DNA of 64,000 nucleotides, taken from Candidatus Cloacimonadales bacterium (GTDB taxonomy: Bacteria; Cloacimonadota; Cloacimonadia; Cloacimonadales; JAIOQZ01). Both the position numbers and the translations under genes were made by a program. The notes below the pieces were generated by a model. The model worked only from the letters and a program-made list of their open reading frames with translations. It was not told where the DNA came from and ran no database searches. Shown piece after piece: positions 37,724 to 47,400 of this stretch. The stretch's first letter is position 1; each line of letters starts with the position of its first letter. The DNA is taken from positions 192,001 through 256,000 of the forward strand of contig CAXXTU010000002.1 in the NCBI GenBank assembly GCA_963662655.2, in the 5' to 3' direction.

Positions 37724-39076
37724 TTAACTGAATTTCGCGATTCTTTCTTCGACGATTTTGCGGATTTCTTCCAGTCTTTCCTGTGTTTCCGCTTCGAAAC
37801 GGAGTACCAGGACGGGTTGTGTGTTCGATGCGCGAACGAGTCCCCAGCCGTCGGCGTAGGTTACGCGCATACCGTCGATGCCATTGACATCCGCGCCTTC
37901 CTCGATGAAGGAATCGCGCACCTTGTCCACGATGTCGAACTTGGTTTCGTCGGGGCAATCGACGCGAATCTCGGGGGTGTTGTACATCTTGGGCTGATCG
38001 GCGAGGAACTGGCTGACGGGCTTGTCCGTTTTGGCCATGATCTCAACGAAACGGCAGCACGCGTAGATGGCGTCGTCAAACCCGAAGTAGCGATCCGCGA
38101 AGAAGATATGGCCGCTCATCTCCCCACCCATGCGGACGTTGTCTTCCTTCATTTTCTTCTTGATCATGGAGTGGCCGGTTTTGTACATGATCGGCTGGCC
38201 GCCATGTTTCGCGATGTCGTCGTAAAAATTCTTGGAGCACTTGACGTCTCCCACGACCTTCTCACCCGGGAAGTCCTTGAGGAAATCGCGAGCGAAGATG
38301 TTGAGAATCTGATCGCCGAAAACGGGGTTGCCGTTCTCGTCGACCACGCCGATGCGGTCCGCGTCGCCGTCGAGCCCGAGTCCGACCTCGGCGTCGGTGG
38401 TTTTAACTTCCTTGATCAGGTCCTGAATGTACTCGATAACGGTAGGATCCGGGTGATGGTTCGGGAAGGTTCCGTCCATCTCGCAATAGAGTTCCTTCAC
38501 TTCACAGCCGAGCCTGCGCAGGACATCCGGCAGGATTGGTCCGCCGGCGCCGTTTCCGGCATCGACGATCACTTTGACCTTGCGTTCGATGTTCAGGTGT
38601 TCCACGAGGTAATCCTGATAGATGGGGATGAGGCCTTCGAAAACCTTCTTCACGCCTTTGCCTTCGGTGTATTCTTCGCCCTGGATGATTCTGAGTATCT
38701 TCTGAATCTCTTCGCCGTAAATGCTCATGAGCCCGATATTGAGCTTGAAGCCGTTGTACTCCGGTGGGTTGTGGCTGCCGGTGATCATCACGCCGGCATC
38801 GGTTCCCAGATACTGGATGGCGTAGTAGAGAACGGGTGTTGCCAGAATGCCCACATCCGTAACTTCGCAGCCGCACTGAAGAAGTCCTTCCGTGAAGCGT
38901 TCCTTGAAGCGTGGGGAGCTCAAACGAGCGTCACCGCCGATAACGACCGATTTGAGATCGTGGTGGCGAAGATACGTTCCGAATCCGCGACCGAGCATGG
39001 TTACGGTTTCGTCCGTAAGATCCTTGTCGACGATTCCGCGGACGTCGTATTGCCTGAATATTTGTGGATTAATCAT
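37724..39076 (-). CDS. Phosphomannomutase/phosphoglucomutase (AlgC-like)
   Basis: FRQYDVRG, TGSHNP, DGDADR, GEMSGH, RASNTQP. Confidence 0.93.
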   Translation of the reverse strand: MINPQIFRQYDVRGIVDKDLTDETVTMLGRGFGTYLRHHDLKSVVIGGDARLSSPRFKERFTEGLLQCGCEVTDVGILATPVLYYAIQYLGTDAGVMITGSHNPPEYNGFKLNIGLMSIYGEEIQKILRIIQGEEYTEGKGVKKVFEGLIPIYQDYLVEHLNIERKVKVIVDAGNGAGGPILPDVLRRLGCEVKELYCEMDGTFPNHHPDPTVIEYIQDLIKEVKTTDAEVGLGLDGDADRIGVVDENGNPVFGDQILNIFARDFLKDFPGEKVVGDVKCSKNFYDDIAKHGGQPIMYKTGHSMIKKKMKEDNVRMGGEMSGHIFFADRYFGFDDAIYACCRFVEIMAKTDKPVSQFLADQPKMYNTPEIRVDCPDETKFDIVDKVRDSFIEEGADVNGIDGMRVTYADGWGLVRASNTQPVLVLRFEAETQERLEEIRKIVEERIAKFS

Positions 39077-39089
39077 AAGACCTCCATGG

Positions 39090-39689
39090 TTATTTATCTT
39101 GTTGAATCAATTTTATTATTGCCGGTAAGATATTCCTGAAAGCCCGGCCTCTGTGGCTGATCACGTGCTTGGCCGATTCTCCCATTTCACCGAACGTCAT
39201 TCCGGTTTCGATCGCTTCGAACACGGCGTCGTATCCGAAACCGTTCTCACCGCGTTCTTCGCTTGTAATTACACCCTCGACCGCGCCCGGGGCGGTGTCG
39301 ATCAATCCTTTGGGGCTCGCGAGCGCAACGACCGTGCGGAACCTTGCGCTGCGGTTCCGTTTGTTCTGCATCTCCGCGAGCATTTTCAGGCGGTTGTCAC
39401 GATAGGTGCATCCTTCACCCGCGAAGCGAGCCGCCATTACGCCAGGCGCGCCGTCCAGCGCATCGACGAAAAGGCCGGTATCGTCCGAGAGGGTAAGGTA
39501 GCCGGTTGCTTTGGCGATCTCGGTTGCTTTCTTGATTGCGTTGGCTTCGATCGTGTCGCCGTCTTCAATCACATCGGGCACGTTCAGGACGTCGTCCGCA
39601 CTAAGAATGCGAACGCCCTCTATTTGCGACATGATTTCACGAATCTCCCGTACCTTGTCCTTGTTGTGGGTACCAAGAAGTATATCCAT
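39090..39689 (-). CDS. rdgB: Non-canonical purine NTP pyrophosphatase (RdgB/HAM1)
   Basis: THNKDK, DDTGL, PGVMAARF, GFGYD, SHRGRA. Confidence 0.93.
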   Translation of the reverse strand: MDILLGTHNKDKVREIREIMSQIEGVRILSADDVLNVPDVIEDGDTIEANAIKKATEIAKATGYLTLSDDTGLFVDALDGAPGVMAARFAGEGCTYRDNRLKMLAEMQNKRNRSARFRTVVALASPKGLIDTAPGAVEGVITSEERGENGFGYDAVFEAIETGMTFGEMGESAKHVISHRGRAFRNILPAIIKLIQQDK

Positions 39690-39691
39690 TA

Positions 39692-40204
39692 CTATTCTCC
39701 TGAACGAGTGTGTTGATGAATCCATTTGCGAATTTTGTCCAGATTCTTTTTCCCGACGAAGCGATAAGCTTGTTCAGTGATCTCTTTAATCGTGTGCAGG
39801 AGACTGCGATCGCCGCTCCAGTGGTACTCGAGAATCTCGGGATCAACATCATTCATGATGGTGTTCAGACCGAAGATCACGATTAAAAGGTCGTCTACGT
39901 AGCCGATGAACGGAATGAAATCGGGAATGATGTCGATGGGGAGGATGAGGTAGCCGACGATGGACCCGATGAATATCCTGAAACGGATCGGGATGCGCTT
40001 CTCGGATAGCAGGCGGATGATCAGGATGACGAGGTCCGGCAGCAGGAACAGGTATTCCATAAAGGGGTGTTTGGATTCTCCGTACGATGCCAAACGGTTT
40101 CGCAGTTTTTCATAGAACCGGAAGAGCTTCCTGCCTCCACCCGGCACAACCTCATCGAGGAGCCGATGATCGATTTTTTCATTGTTGAATTCACTCTGAG
40201 TCAT
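39692..40204 (-). CDS. YkvA/DUF1232 family membrane protein
   Basis: YLILPIDIIPDFIPFIGYVDD motif. Confidence 0.9.
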   Translation of the reverse strand: MTQSEFNNEKIDHRLLDEVVPGGGRKLFRFYEKLRNRLASYGESKHPFMEYLFLLPDLVILIIRLLSEKRIPIRFRIFIGSIVGYLILPIDIIPDFIPFIGYVDDLLIVIFGLNTIMNDVDPEILEYHWSGDRSLLHTIKEITEQAYRFVGKKNLDKIRKWIHQHTRSGE

Positions 40205-40216
40205 TTTCTCCTCCTG

Positions 40217-41059
40217 TTACATTGTTTCGCTGACGAGCTTGCGGATGTTCAGCTCATGCATGACGGGCACCCAGAAATCTTCCGACACTGTTCCCGGCAC
40301 GCATGATTCCTGAGGGATCGCACGGATTATCTTCTGCGATAGCTCGTCGGGGTCAACGTTTATTGGTTTTTCATTTGCGATGTATTCCTTGAACTGCTTC
40401 TTCAAGCTTCTCAGATACGATGTATGATTTTGGACATAGCTTGCTTCAACGGCTTCTCCATGCCCCGGAACGATGGTGTCGATATCGAGCCAGCCGAGTT
40501 TTTCAAGTGAAAGTTGGTAGATATCGCTGTCGCCCCAGTAGAAATAGGGGACAGCTACTTTGTCGCCGGGGCCGGTGAGGATGGTATCTCCGGCGATAAG
40601 GATTTTTCCTTCCGGCAGGTAGACGACGGAACTGTCCATCGTGTGCCCTGGCGTGTGGAGGATGCTGATTGAGATGGGACGCTCGATTTGTATGGATGCG
40701 AAGTAGCAAATATCCGGGAATACGAGATTCTTACGGTCGAGAATGGACCTTGCGTTTGGAGCGATGACGTTGCGTTCGCTGGTTATGGTTTCCATATAGT
40801 CGCCATGAGCGATAATCGTTGTCGTTTCGTCCCTGAGAAACCGGTTGCCGTAACAGTGGTCGCTGTGCCAGTGTGTGTTGATGAGATATCGGACGGGTTT
40901 TCCACCGAGCTTCTCTTTCAGCTCACGGGAATCTTCCGGCAGGTGCAGTGTGTCGACAACGACGACCGAATCACCGCAATCGATCACGGTTGCGTTGAGC
41001 ATCGCGCGTTTCGCTTGATAGACGGTTACAATATCATTTATGCGGATTTCCCTCAGCAT
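40217..41059 (-). CDS. MBL-fold metallo-hydrolase
   Basis: NTHWHSDH, TPGHT, AGD, VPGHG. Confidence 0.9.
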   Translation of the reverse strand: MLREIRINDIVTVYQAKRAMLNATVIDCGDSVVVVDTLHLPEDSRELKEKLGGKPVRYLINTHWHSDHCYGNRFLRDETTTIIAHGDYMETITSERNVIAPNARSILDRKNLVFPDICYFASIQIERPISISILHTPGHTMDSSVVYLPEGKILIAGDTILTGPGDKVAVPYFYWGDSDIYQLSLEKLGWLDIDTIVPGHGEAVEASYVQNHTSYLRSLKKQFKEYIANEKPINVDPDELSQKIIRAIPQESCVPGTVSEDFWVPVMHELNIRKLVSETM

Positions 41060-41247
41060 ACATACTCCTTCATTAAAAGCAAAAAACAGTTGCCGATCAT
41101 GTCAATGAAAATCGTTATTGATGCGACAATATTCATATTACCGATAAAGGAAACAACAAAGATTTCCATGATGAATGAATAATGAAAAAGCTTGACGAGA
41201 AATTTTTCAGTTAGCATGACTCGGTTCTCAATTTTCAAGGAGTTATT

Positions 41248-42903
41248 ATGTCATACCGATCTCAAATGATGTCTTATAGTATTAAAGACTCGAATATGAG
41301 AGCTCTATCTCGGGTCAATAATATCAATTCGAGCGAACTCAGCAATCAAATGAAGCAGAACACCGCAGCAATAGCGGGTGGGATGCGTGACATTGCGAAT
41401 TACAATCAGGCTCTGGTTGAAAGTATGGACCAGCAATCCAGGAATATGGGAATGCAGCTGGACGGAATCAACGCAACTCTCATGGATATGCGAGACGTTC
41501 TCGATAAAATCCTCGAGGCAACCTACACAGCGGACAAGGTGAAAGCTGCCAAATTCTCGCTATCACAAGGAGTGAAATTCTTCAACGGTGGTCACTATGA
41601 TGAAGCGATGGCGGAGTTCGATGAAGTGCTGAGGGTATTTCGGGATAATTTCATGGCATATTCCATGAAGGGGCAGATACTTGCCAGCAGGGATGATTAC
41701 GACGCAGCCTTGTTCAACTTCCAAAAAGCGCTAACGTTTGGGTACTCGTATATTTCTGATGAATCGGTGGATCAGGAGAAGTTGGTCAGCTTTTTATTCA
41801 CGCTGAGCTTAAAAACCATCGATACCGCATTCAATGTGGGGAAGCTCGAAGTTGTGAAAGATGTTCTTCAGTCTCTTTCGTCCAATTTCGAGACAGGCAA
41901 TAACGATGAGGTCTCGATTCATATCGGCTACTTGAAGAGCAGATATTATGCAGCCGGGGGCAATGCCGGAGCAAGTATGCGGGAGTTGAGGGTTGTCGTT
42001 GAAAATAACCCATTCTACTTACTGCAGGCTGCGACAGACAATGAATTCGAGAATGTACGTTCATCCATTGCGGATTTGACCGAGGATTTGAGCAAGGAGC
42101 AAAGAGAGATACTTGATAGGTACAAGCAAAAAACCAAGAAATTCCTTCGGAAGCTTTCTGTGCTAAACAAAATGCTGGCGCTATCTTGCTTCGACTACCT
42201 CAATGAATCCCAAAGAAAGAACATTTATCTACGGGCGACAACACAAAATACGAATTGGTCGGCGATTGTTTCAATTGCCGATATTAAAGACTATTTAAAC
42301 CAGATTGAGAAGACTTCGGTGAGATCATGGAGCTATCTGATGCTTCGGGAGATCAATCTCGTCTTTCAAGCGCTGGAAATGAGATTAACAGCAGAACTTG
42401 AACATCTTAAAACGGAAAAAGAAGCCAAGATTAAATATGAAGAAGAAGAACTCATGTTTAATGAGTGTGGCGTAGAAGCAAAACGGAAAAACATTGATAC
42501 GATCAGGAAGAAAGAGAAAGGAAAGAATATAGCAACTCTCTTCTCGGTTATCTTCATTAGTTTGACGATATTCAGTGTGATTTCATTCTTCGTGCTATGG
42601 GGCCAACTGATTCACACCATTTTCGGTGGGTACAATAACTACTTGCATTTTCTGGAGAGGACGTGGCATTTCCCGCATTGGACAATTATTGTGTTTCTCT
42701 ATATCCCTGTGGGGTTTGTTATCTCGATATTTCTTTCTATTACATTTCTTGAGGCCCGAGAAGACAGCTCTTCGGCATTTGAGGAAGCAAAAAGAGATAA
42801 AGAAACATTGACGAAAGCTGAGAATGATATTACTGAACAAAAGGTAAAGCTTGAAGAGCTTCGCAAGGATTACGATGCTTTCCTTGAGGTGGCCCAGGAA
42901 TAG
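41248..42903 (+). CDS. Hypothetical protein with TPR-like repeats, coiled coils and two C-terminal TM helices
   Basis: 551-aa ORF, AAGGAG RBS; TPR-like G...F..G.YDEA...F and AY..KG...A....Y.AA...F..AL; two hydrophobic segments. Confidence 0.75.
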   Translation: MSYRSQMMSYSIKDSNMRALSRVNNINSSELSNQMKQNTAAIAGGMRDIANYNQALVESMDQQSRNMGMQLDGINATLMDMRDVLDKILEATYTADKVKAAKFSLSQGVKFFNGGHYDEAMAEFDEVLRVFRDNFMAYSMKGQILASRDDYDAALFNFQKALTFGYSYISDESVDQEKLVSFLFTLSLKTIDTAFNVGKLEVVKDVLQSLSSNFETGNNDEVSIHIGYLKSRYYAAGGNAGASMRELRVVVENNPFYLLQAATDNEFENVRSSIADLTEDLSKEQREILDRYKQKTKKFLRKLSVLNKMLALSCFDYLNESQRKNIYLRATTQNTNWSAIVSIADIKDYLNQIEKTSVRSWSYLMLREINLVFQALEMRLTAELEHLKTEKEAKIKYEEEELMFNECGVEAKRKNIDTIRKKEKGKNIATLFSVIFISLTIFSVISFFVLWGQLIHTIFGGYNNYLHFLERTWHFPHWTIIVFLYIPVGFVISIFLSITFLEAREDSSSAFEEAKRDKETLTKAENDITEQKVKLEELRKDYDAFLEVAQE

Positions 42904-42925
42904 GCGGTATCGGCCATTCCTTACC

Positions 42926-43107
42926 GGCGTGGCATCTTCGCCCGATCGTGCCGCTCCAACGTGGATATAGCACGTCCGATTATCCACTAACATGATTTCG
43001 AGGAACGAAATCACAACGTTCATGTTTTCGTTTTGACTTTGTCAAAGCCGAAAATCAGATGTGCAACACCACGTCTCCGCGGCAGATCGAACGAATCTGC
43101 TCACGCC
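42926..43107 (-). repeat. Rod-like palindromic repeat family, copy 4 (182 bp, inverted, branched tip)
   Basis: ggcgtggcatcttcgcccgatcgtgccgc...gcggcagatcgaacgaatctgctcacgcc; inner hairpins tgatttcg/cgaaatca and tttgac/gtcaaa. Confidence 0.88.
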
Positions 43108-43135
43108 TTGAAGTATAATGAACAATGGAGGAATT

Positions 43136-43672
43136 ATGAATATTCTCGCCCTTGTCGGAAGTCCGCGCAAGAACGGTAACTCGGCGGTTCTTGTTAAAGA
43201 GATGCTAAAGGATTTCGACCAGGCCCAGGTTAGCACCATTCAATTGAACGACATGAACATACGCGGGTGCCAGGCGTGCATGTACTGCCGGACGCATCCG
43301 GGCTGCATGCAGCAGGACGACATGCAACGGGTCTATCCGGAGATAGAGAAAGCCGATCTGGTCATCTTCGCATTTCCTGTCTACATGTGGCAGATGACTG
43401 CGCAGATGAAGCTCTGTGTCGACCGTATGTTCGCGTATTACAAGGAGGCTTTCAATTCGCCGTTCTACAAGGGGAAGAAGGCCATTATGGCTGTCTGCTG
43501 CGGGGCGGAAGAGGAGGCCTTTGCTCCGTATATAGAGCAGACTCGCAAGATGATCGAATTTATTGGCTTCGAGTCGTGCCAAAGCATCGTATTTGGCGAG
43601 GCCGGCGCGCCGGGGGATGTCGCCAACCAGAAGGACAAGCTGGAAGAAGCGCGGAAGATGGTAGAATCGTAA
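43136..43672 (+). CDS. Flavodoxin family / iron-sulfur flavoprotein (NADPH-dependent FMN reductase fold)
   Basis: GSPRKNGNS, CQACMYC...C, DDM, PVY, DR; GGAGG RBS before ATG 43136. Confidence 0.88.
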   Translation: MNILALVGSPRKNGNSAVLVKEMLKDFDQAQVSTIQLNDMNIRGCQACMYCRTHPGCMQQDDMQRVYPEIEKADLVIFAFPVYMWQMTAQMKLCVDRMFAYYKEAFNSPFYKGKKAIMAVCCGAEEEAFAPYIEQTRKMIEFIGFESCQSIVFGEAGAPGDVANQKDKLEEARKMVES

Positions 43673-43731
43673 TGCCACTTTTGGGCTAAGCAGCAATCAT
43701 TGCTTGATTCAGCCTTGGAAAGGAGGGTGAT

Positions 43732-44496
43732 TTGCCTACTGAAGCAAATAAGAAGCAAAGTCATATAATAACCATAATCGTATCAATTACAGCTGTGATT
43801 GTATCGGTTGCGCAGCTTGTTATCATGCATTCTGAAATCAAGCTTAACGAGACAATCCATACTCAAGAAATGAGATTTCATGCTGAACAGAATAGGCGAC
43901 AATGGATGTTGGATGCTACAAAATTCGTTCTCGAAAATCGTAATTCATTGTTTGAGTGTGAAGATGAGGAATCAAAACAAGTTGTTCAATTAATGAACGG
44001 TATGTTTCCTGACGAGGTATTCTCGAGAGTGTCTGTTATTATGGAGTCCACTTCCAGAAAAGCGGGTGTCCAGAACGAGTGGAGAAGGCTTCGACGAGCT
44101 AAATATAGCATCCAGTATTTTATAAAAAAGAAGGATGAAATTAATTGGAAAGGAGCCTCTCAGCTATTGCGGAAAGAAGGGTTTCATGTTCTTGAGCCTC
44201 AGGAAACGGGGTTAACCGATATTGTTTTCGGAAACAATTCAATTGTATATGGCGAAGGTGTCAATATAGAAGATGTTAAAGAGATTGCACATGTTATACT
44301 TGCTGCTGGTATGGAACTGAAAAGCATAAGTCCATTCAGGGATCGGAGTGAGCAGAACTTGAGCGAGATTCAGATATTGTACATGAGAACTTCCCATAAT
44401 ATGCCAATATGCTCTCATGATGATATTGATGAGAGAATCAACAGTTTGATCGATTCTGATTATCTGTCGCGGGATGGGCGGCGCAGAAGTTGGTGA
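43732..44496 (+). CDS. Hypothetical membrane-anchored protein
   Basis: 254-aa ORF, GGAGGG RBS before TTG, N-terminal TM helix, AT-rich. Confidence 0.6.
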   Translation: MPTEANKKQSHIITIIVSITAVIVSVAQLVIMHSEIKLNETIHTQEMRFHAEQNRRQWMLDATKFVLENRNSLFECEDEESKQVVQLMNGMFPDEVFSRVSVIMESTSRKAGVQNEWRRLRRAKYSIQYFIKKKDEINWKGASQLLRKEGFHVLEPQETGLTDIVFGNNSIVYGEGVNIEDVKEIAHVILAAGMELKSISPFRDRSEQNLSEIQILYMRTSHNMPICSHDDIDERINSLIDSDYLSRDGRRRSW

Positions 44497-44638
44497 TATG
44501 AAATTGAATGTTTGCAGGCACCCCAATTCCCCTCTTGGCATCTCTCTGGCGGAGCTTATTTTGCAATGCGGCTTGAAAAACCTTTACAAGATGACAGGGG
44601 ATAATTTTCTTGCACTGACAAAAAATAAAGGAGGTGTT

Positions 44639-44908
44639 ATGGCACTGAGCAACGAGGCCAAACAGGCGATTATGGTAGAGTTCAAACTCCATGATTCCGA
44701 TACCGGCTCACCAGAAGTGCAAGTCGCGCTTCTCTCGCATCGTATCAAAGATATCACGGAACATTTGAAAGTACACAAGAAGGACTTTCACACCCGCAGG
44801 GGATTACTTCAGCTTATCGGTAAAAGACGACGTCTGCTGAACTACCTGCAGAAGAAAGACATTGAACGATACCGACAAGTGATTAAAGCTCTCGGTTTGA
44901 GAAAGTAA
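44639..44908 (+). CDS. rpsO: 30S ribosomal protein S15
   Basis: [39 protein letters not shown]; 89 aa. Confidence 0.97.
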   Translation: MALSNEAKQAIMVEFKLHDSDTGSPEVQVALLSHRIKDITEHLKVHKKDFHTRRGLLQLIGKRRRLLNYLQKKDIERYRQVIKALGLRK

Positions 44909-44923
44909 GTAATCATGATTTGC

Positions 44924-44968
44924 GGGAGGGAAATTCTTGCATGTTCCATGCAGAGTCCCTCCTTTTTT
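44924..44968 (+). terminator. Intrinsic terminator after rpsO
   Basis: ggaggga...tgcatg/catgca...tccctcc followed by T6. Confidence 0.8.
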
Positions 44969-44998
44969 CTTGTTTAAAGAAAAGCTGACAAATAACCC

Positions 44999-45065
44999 GT
45001 GGAGAGCCTCGAGCAATACGCTGAAGTCGATAATGCGGCTTGAGCCTATTGCTTCAGACCTCCAC
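44999..45065 (+). promoter_or_regulatory. Long irregular stem in the pnp leader (possible RNase III site)
   Basis: Nested pairing gtggag/ctccac, agcaata/tattgct, aagtcg/cggctt. Confidence 0.55.
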
Positions 45066-45093
45066 TTACAAACCTAACAAAAGGAACACAACG

Positions 45094-47385
45094 ATGTTTA
45101 ATATCGTACGTAAATCAATGGAAATAGGCGGCAGAACCCTCACGCTTGAAACGGGCAGAATGGCGAAACAAGCGAACGGCTCCGTGCTGGTTACCTATGG
45201 CGAAACAGCCATGCTCGTAACCGCAACCGCATCGAAAGGACCTCGCGAGGGAACGGATTTCTTCCCTCTCATCGTAGATTTCAATGAAAAAATGTATGCC
45301 TCCGGCAAAATACCCGGCGGATTTATAAAACGCGAAGCGAAACCATCGACCGTCGCGACCCTCTGGGCACGCCTGATCGACCGCTCGATCCGTCCTCTTT
45401 TCCCGGACGGATTCCGCAACGAAGTTCAGGTCGTGGTGACGACACTCTCCTACGACGAATCATGCGATCTGGGCGCACTGGGTATCTTGGGTGCCTCAAC
45501 AGCGCTTTCGATCTCCGACATCCCGTTCCACGGCCCGATCGCCGGTGCGGCTGTCGGTGAGATCGACGGAGAGTTCAAGCTCTATCCGACCGACGAAGAA
45601 ATTCAGCGCGCAACCATCGACCTTTCGGTTGCCGGTTCCGATACCTCGATCGTCATGATCGAGTCCGGCGCGACCGAAGCGCAGGAAGATCGCATGGTCG
45701 AAGCCGTTTACTTCGGTCACGAGAACATCAAGAAGATGATCGAGCTCCAGAAGGAACTGGTCGCAGAATGCGGCAAGGAGAAGATGGAATTCGTAGCCGA
45801 CCTGGTACCGGAAGAGCTGATGGCGAAACTCGACAACATTTACGGCGAGCGCGTCAAGGAAGCTTCCCATATCTTCGGTAAGCTCGAAAGACAGGACGCG
45901 TTCGACGCACTTCAAAACGAGATGCTCGAGAAATTCAAGGAAGAGATGGAAGACGAAGAGTACGAGGGAAGCGTCCGCTACCTCAAGAACGGCTTCCACG
46001 ATCTCATCAAGAAATACGTTCGCTCGGCGATTCTCAAGGACCACCACCGCGCAGACGGCCGCGGCCTCGACGACATTCGCGAGATCACTTGCGAAGTCGA
46101 CATCATCCCGCGCGTTCATGGTTCTGCGCTGTTCACCCGTGGTGAGACACAAGCGCTTGGCGCGTTGACACTCGGCTCGGTCGGCGACGAAAAAGTCATC
46201 GACGGCCTGAGCGAAGAGTATCGCAAGCACTTCTACCTTCATTATAACTTTCCGCCCTTCAGCGTTGGCGAAGTCGGATTCATGAGAGGTCCGGGACGTC
46301 GTGAACTGGGTCACGGAATGCTGGCGGAACGCGGCCTCCAGCCGATGGTTCCCCCGAAAGAAGAGTTCCCCTACACCCTCCGCCTTGTCTCCGAGATTCT
46401 CGAATCGAACGGATCGTCCTCCATGGCAACCGTTTGCGCGGGAACCCTCGCGATGATGGCTGCCGGCGTCCCGATGAAGAAACCAGTCGCAGGTATCGCG
46501 AACGGCCTCATCATGGACGACGGCGAGTACGTGGTTCTCACCGACATCATGGGTCTGGAAGACCACCTTGGCGACATGGACTTCAAGGTCACCGGTACCC
46601 GCGACGGGATCACGGCCATGCAGATGGATATCAAGATCGAAGGGATCACCAAAGACATCATGAACATCGCATTGACCAAGGCGAAAGCGGCCCGTCTGTT
46701 CATCCTGGACAAGATCGAAGCCGTTATCCCCGCGCCTCGCGCCGACCTTTCCAAATACGCGCCAAGAATTGAATCGTTCCAGATCGATACCGCCAAGATC
46801 GGCGAAGTGATTGGGCCATCCGGTAAGATGATCAAATCCATCATCGAAAAGACAGGCGTTGAAATCAACATAGAAGACGACGGTACCGTTTCGATTATGT
46901 CGCAAGACGGCGACAGCATGGCTGAAGCCAGAAGAATCATCGAGAATATCGTTTTCGGTCCTCAATACGACACGATTTACGAAGGTGAGGTAACTCGCAT
47001 CGAAGGTTATGGCGTATTCGTGAAGATCATGGACGGACTGAAGGAAGGAATGGTTCATATCTCCAACATGGACACCTGCCGCATCAACGAACCGACCGAC
47101 CTCGTCAAGATGGGCGATATCGTGAAGACGAAGCTCATCGGCATCGAAAAAGGCAAGGTCGCGCTCTCGATGAAGGGCATCGCAGGAAATCCTTCCAAGG
47201 CGAACGATCCCGATTACAAGGTCGAACGCAGCCAGGGTGGCGGCGGTGGTGGCGGAAGACGCGACGACCGCAGAGACGATCGTCGTGGCGGTGGACGCCG
47301 GGACGACCGTCGTGACGACAGACGCGGAGGACGTGACGACCACCGTGGAGATAGCCGGGACAGAGGTCGCAGACGTTACGAATAA
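45094..47385 (+). CDS. pnp: Polyribonucleotide nucleotidyltransferase (PNPase)
   Basis: ETGRMAKQA, DFFPL, RRELGHG, ESNGSSSMA, GDMDFKV, KH and S1 domains. Confidence 0.97.
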   Translation: MFNIVRKSMEIGGRTLTLETGRMAKQANGSVLVTYGETAMLVTATASKGPREGTDFFPLIVDFNEKMYASGKIPGGFIKREAKPSTVATLWARLIDRSIRPLFPDGFRNEVQVVVTTLSYDESCDLGALGILGASTALSISDIPFHGPIAGAAVGEIDGEFKLYPTDEEIQRATIDLSVAGSDTSIVMIESGATEAQEDRMVEAVYFGHENIKKMIELQKELVAECGKEKMEFVADLVPEELMAKLDNIYGERVKEASHIFGKLERQDAFDALQNEMLEKFKEEMEDEEYEGSVRYLKNGFHDLIKKYVRSAILKDHHRADGRGLDDIREITCEVDIIPRVHGSALFTRGETQALGALTLGSVGDEKVIDGLSEEYRKHFYLHYNFPPFSVGEVGFMRGPGRRELGHGMLAERGLQPMVPPKEEFPYTLRLVSEILESNGSSSMATVCAGTLAMMAAGVPMKKPVAGIANGLIMDDGEYVVLTDIMGLEDHLGDMDFKVTGTRDGITAMQMDIKIEGITKDIMNIALTKAKAARLFILDKIEAVIPAPRADLSKYAPRIESFQIDTAKIGEVIGPSGKMIKSIIEKTGVEINIEDDGTVSIMSQDGDSMAEARRIIENIVFGPQYDTIYEGEVTRIEGYGVFVKIMDGLKEGMVHISNMDTCRINEPTDLVKMGDIVKTKLIGIEKGKVALSMKGIAGNPSKANDPDYKVERSQGGGGGGGRRDDRRDDRRGGGRRDDRRDDRRGGRDDHRGDSRDRGRRRYE

Positions 47386-47400
47386 AAAAAGGATTGCACT

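Noticed and set aside
44474..44638. N-terminally extended 144-aa S15
   Set aside because: A strong AAGGAGG RBS precedes ATG 44639, which gives the canonical 89-aa S15.
45496..47343. 615-aa antisense ORF over pnp (similarly 37715-39139, 1700-2692, 22267-23304, 18001-19026)
   Set aside because: Shadow ORFs opposite well-conserved genes, explained by codon bias; no recognisable motifs.
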